DNA of 64,000 nt, from the NCBI RefSeq assembly GCF_009914755.1, contig NC_060925.1; one strand, given 5' to 3'. Shown one piece after another: positions 63,785 through 64,000 of this stretch (its first letter is position 1; each line of letters begins with the position of its first letter). The position numbers and the translations under genes are program-made. This DNA comes from the human T2T-CHM13v2.0 reference genome, Homo sapiens. The notes under the pieces were generated by a model. That model saw nothing but the letters and a program-made list of their open reading frames with translations. It was not told the DNA's origin and made no database searches.

Positions 63785-63795
63785 AAGATGGCGGC
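63785..63795 (+). promoter_or_regulatory. YY1 consensus site
   Basis: AAGATGGCGGC, exact YY1 core, 116 nt upstream of the CHD5 ATG. Confidence 0.6.
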
Positions 63796-64000
63796 CGCCT
63801 GCCCCCCCACCCCCCCAAACCTCCACCCCCCCGTCTCGACCCCCCTTTCTCTCGGCCGCCTTAGCCTGCTCCCCGCAAAGCCCGGGCGCTCCTCCCACCG
63901 CGCCCCGCAGCCCGAGTCCCGCAGCCGGCCGAGGGTGGCGGCGGCAGCGCCAGAGGCACGGCGGCACGGCGGGGGGGCGGCACACATGCCCGGATTGTGA

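Larger units (their letters stand above)
62850..64000. promoter_or_regulatory. CHD5: CHD5 promoter/exon 1 CpG island
   Basis: Very GC- and CpG-dense sequence around the start codon. The exact TSS cannot be placed from sequence alone. Confidence 0.92.

Overview
Human (Alu-rich primate) genomic DNA containing the 5' part of CHD5 (chromodomain helicase DNA-binding protein 5, a NuRD/Mi-2-type remodeler) on the minus strand. I traced 33 coding exons from the ATG at 63669 down to 4793. All have GT-AG boundaries and join into one open frame (c.1-4912, about 1637 codons): CHDNT, two PHD fingers, two chromodomains, SNF2 ATPase/helicase and DUF1087/DUF1086. The remaining 3' exons lie beyond the left edge. 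The promoter CpG island is at the right end. Introns carry many Alus, old L1/L2/MIR/MLT1 fragments, two large (TGGA)n arrays and several minisatellites. I see no new protein-coding system; the non-CHD5 ORFs in the track look like repeat- or GC-driven noise. The best leads are non-coding. (i) A near-perfect REST/RE1 site in intron 2. (ii) Two RFX X-box palindromes, each in an AT-rich island with FOX and homeodomain motifs. (iii) Kilobase YCAY-dense arrays in the pre-mRNA, one just upstream of the PHD1 exon. (iv) A recurring pattern in which tandem repeats copy the real 5' splice site of exons 7, 19 and 26, creating decoy donors. (v) An intragenic GC-box/CpG island at exon 9. (vi) A young AluYa5 nested in an older Alu beside exon 3. 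All functional readings are inferences that need testing.
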